Assembly (NCBI RefSeq): GCF_026309355.1
Contig: NZ_JAPJZK010000002.1
Span: 93,485 to 117,484 of the forward strand
Source of the DNA: Spartinivicinus marinus
Lineage (GTDB): Bacteria > Pseudomonadota > Gammaproteobacteria > Pseudomonadales > Zooshikellaceae
Reading direction: 5' to 3'
DNA length: 24,000 bases
The stretch's first letter is position 1; each line of letters begins with the position of its first letter. The notes under the pieces were generated by a model. It made no database searches and had not been told where the DNA came from. It saw nothing but the letters and a program-made list of their open reading frames with translations. This document shows positions 22,409 through 24,000 of this stretch, piece by piece. The translations under genes were made by a program, and so were the position numbers.

Positions 22409-23466
22409 GTGGAATTTCCTCTTTACACGACCTGAAGGAATTATCAGGAAAAGCCAAAAGCGACTCTACTTCTGGGAAATTTTTAAAAGTACCTACCAAC
22501 CAACTTGAACCCAAGGATCAGGTAAGAAAAAACTTTAAAAATATAGATAAACTTGGGCAAACAATTGAAGAAGAAGGGTTCATACAACCTATTATTGTTT
22601 CTCCTCTGAATGAAAGAGGGAAGTATACCATTCAAAAAGGTGAAAGGAGGTGGAGAGCAGCTTGTCTAAAGAAAATTAATGAAGTAGATATAATAATTAA
22701 AGAACGTCCAGATTCAGAATTAGATGAAACAGCTGGCGAGTTGATTGAGAACATTCAACGTGAGAACTTAACCCCACTAGAAATTGCTAATGCTTTAAAT
22801 AAATTTAAGAGTGAAGGGTGGAAGCAAAAGCGTATTGCAGAAAGAATTGGCAAAACAGAGAGGTATGTATCAAGTCATTTAGCACTTTTAAATATTCCAG
22901 AGTGCATTAAAAATCTTCATGATGAAGAAGTAACTACAGATATAGAAATACTAAATTCTTTACGTCAAATATATGACTATGACATTAAAACTTGTAAAGA
23001 GCTTTGCAAAAAGGCTGTTGAAAACGGTATCACAAGATCAATATGCCGTTCGACACTTAAACAACTTAAATCTCCCATAAGTAACAACTCTGAAACTTCA
23101 TATAAGAAAACTTCAGCATTAACAAATGGCTCTGCAGAAAAAAGCACACAAGCTGATGAAGAAAAATTTGACAACACCTCATTATCTATAAACATACCAA
23201 ATGAACCAAGTGAGATGATGTCTAAAGATGCAAAGTCAATTTTTGAACAGAACAAATCTTCTTCTGAAAATTACAAACAAGGATGGAAAGCTGTTGATTC
23301 AAACAAGCAAAAGATTATTGTAACAGTCAATGAAGAACTCACGGCACTTCTGCTCAAAGACCGAATAGATGAAGACAAAAACTTTGGGTGGGTTGAAGAG
23401 CTAAATACCAAGAAGATAAGAAGAGTTCGGCTATCAGAGTTAACTATCAAGGAGATATCAATTTAA
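22405..23466 (+). CDS. parB: ParB-family partition protein (ParB N-terminal domain + HTH, low-complexity linker)
   Basis: 353 aa. ATGA overlap with parA. Motifs IQPIIVSP and KGERRWRAA (GERRxRA box). HTH KQKRIAERIGKTERYVSSHLALL. Confidence 0.9.
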   Translation: MSGISSLHDLKELSGKAKSDSTSGKFLKVPTNQLEPKDQVRKNFKNIDKLGQTIEEEGFIQPIIVSPLNERGKYTIQKGERRWRAACLKKINEVDIIIKERPDSELDETAGELIENIQRENLTPLEIANALNKFKSEGWKQKRIAERIGKTERYVSSHLALLNIPECIKNLHDEEVTTDIEILNSLRQIYDYDIKTCKELCKKAVENGITRSICRSTLKQLKSPISNNSETSYKKTSALTNGSAEKSTQADEEKFDNTSLSINIPNEPSEMMSKDAKSIFEQNKSSSENYKQGWKAVDSNKQKIIVTVNEELTALLLKDRIDEDKNFGWVEELNTKKIRRVRLSELTIKEISI

Positions 23467-23494
23467 ATATACTTAATAACAATACAAATTGAGG

Positions 23495-23553
23495 TATATT
23501 GTAATATTATCAATGTATATTCAATATATATTGAATATAATCAATATTACAAT
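23495..23553. promoter_or_regulatory. Second cluster of TATATTG-type motifs arranged as a large imperfect palindrome, downstream of parB
   Basis: TATATTG at 23495 and 23527. Perfect 20-bp palindrome TATTCAATATATATTGAATA (23518-23537). Outer inverted arms ATTGTAATATT (23498-23508) and AATATTACAAT (23543-23553). Confidence 0.6.
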
Positions 23554-23647
23554 CAACTTAAATTGATCAATTTATTAGGTTGATTTACTGAGCTGTAATA
23601 GATAATAATGAAACTGTGTGTATTACAACGGGCTCAGCCCATTGTAA

Positions 23648-23680
23648 AAGCACGAAGGCTACAAAGTAGCCTTCGTGCTT
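23648..23680 (-). terminator. Strong hairpin terminator (possibly bidirectional) between parB and the convergent gene
   Basis: 15-bp perfect stem AAGCACGAAGGCTAC / GTAGCCTTCGTGCTT with loop AAA. The minus-strand tail reads CTTTTAC. It lies 8 nt beyond the stop at 23688. Confidence 0.75.
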
Positions 23681-23687
23681 ATCATGG

Positions 23688-23999
23688 TTATTCACTTCTC
23701 TCAAAACCATACATCTCTTCAATTGACTCATCCCACCAGTCTCTATCTAGTTGAGAAGAAATTTTATTTTTATAACCTGCGTAATCATCCTTAATTGCCA
23801 TATGCAAGTATGGTCCAGGCTTTTCTACATCTCCAAATGTCATTTTCTCAACTAAATAATCAATATTTGCTGAAATTAATCCATCAGAATAGAAGCCTTC
23901 TTCAACTGATTTTACATACGTTTTATATAAATTTGGAGGCATTAGCAGCTCAAGAACTTCTTTCCAATTTAAACAATCTTGTATTTGCTCAACAGAGAT
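23688..23999 (-). CDS. Hypothetical protein, reading frame open to the right edge
   Basis: The track gives 23688..23942 (84 aa). The same frame continues without a stop upstream to the window edge (ISVEQIQDCLNWKEVLELL-MPPNLYK...), so the start is undetermined. Confidence 0.5.
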   Translation of the reverse strand: MSVEQIQDCLNWKEVLELLMPPNLYKTYVKSVEEGFYSDGLISANIDYLVEKMTFGDVEKPGPYLHMAIKDDYAGYKNKISSQLDRDWWDESIEEMYGFERSE

Positions 24000-24000
24000 A

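Overview
The window holds two modules of different base composition.

**Left module (1 to ~18.4 kb, all minus strand).** This is the transfer region of an integrative conjugative element or conjugative island with a GI-type T4SS (PFGI-1 / ICEclc / ICEHin1056-like).
- Gene order runs PilL, a coiled-coil lipoprotein, a CxxC protein, an SLT transglycosylase, a PFL_4695-like protein, the TraD coupling protein, a membrane protein, a RAQPRD protein and a run of small membrane/periplasmic proteins. It ends with a TraC/VirB4 ATPase that runs off the left edge.
- Next comes an accessory stretch: a diverged family of small paralogous proteins, a GP88-like Cys-rich protein and another small ORF.
- After that is a translationally coupled DUF3991/Toprim primase-like gene plus a 288-aa tyrosine recombinase.

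**Right module (~18.5 to 24 kb, visibly more AT-rich).**
- It opens with a small acidic protein gene on the minus strand.
- A ~1.07-kb ORF-free hub follows, packed with repeats and hairpins.
- A co-directional double partition locus follows on the plus strand: parM-like/parR-like, then parA/parB. Two distinct candidate cis-site classes accompany it: TATATTG iterons flanking the locus and TTACGCATGCGTAA palindromes upstream of parA.

**Most interesting observations.**
- The structured non-coding hub (19061-19661) has 2.2 tandem ~209-bp units, nine GTCY-N6-RGAC mini-palindromes, a covarying hairpin and mutually exclusive GC-rich hairpins.
- The small-paralog family carries an 84-bp intergenic repeat that is better conserved than the coding sequence.
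- The tandem type II + type I par locus is unusual.
- A ~33-41-bp box is shared by the two transfer-operon leaders.

No rRNA, tRNA, CRISPR array, transposase or att site was found. All family assignments are from motifs, size, synteny and memory; none was checked by an HMM or database search. The host cannot be identified from the sequence alone.
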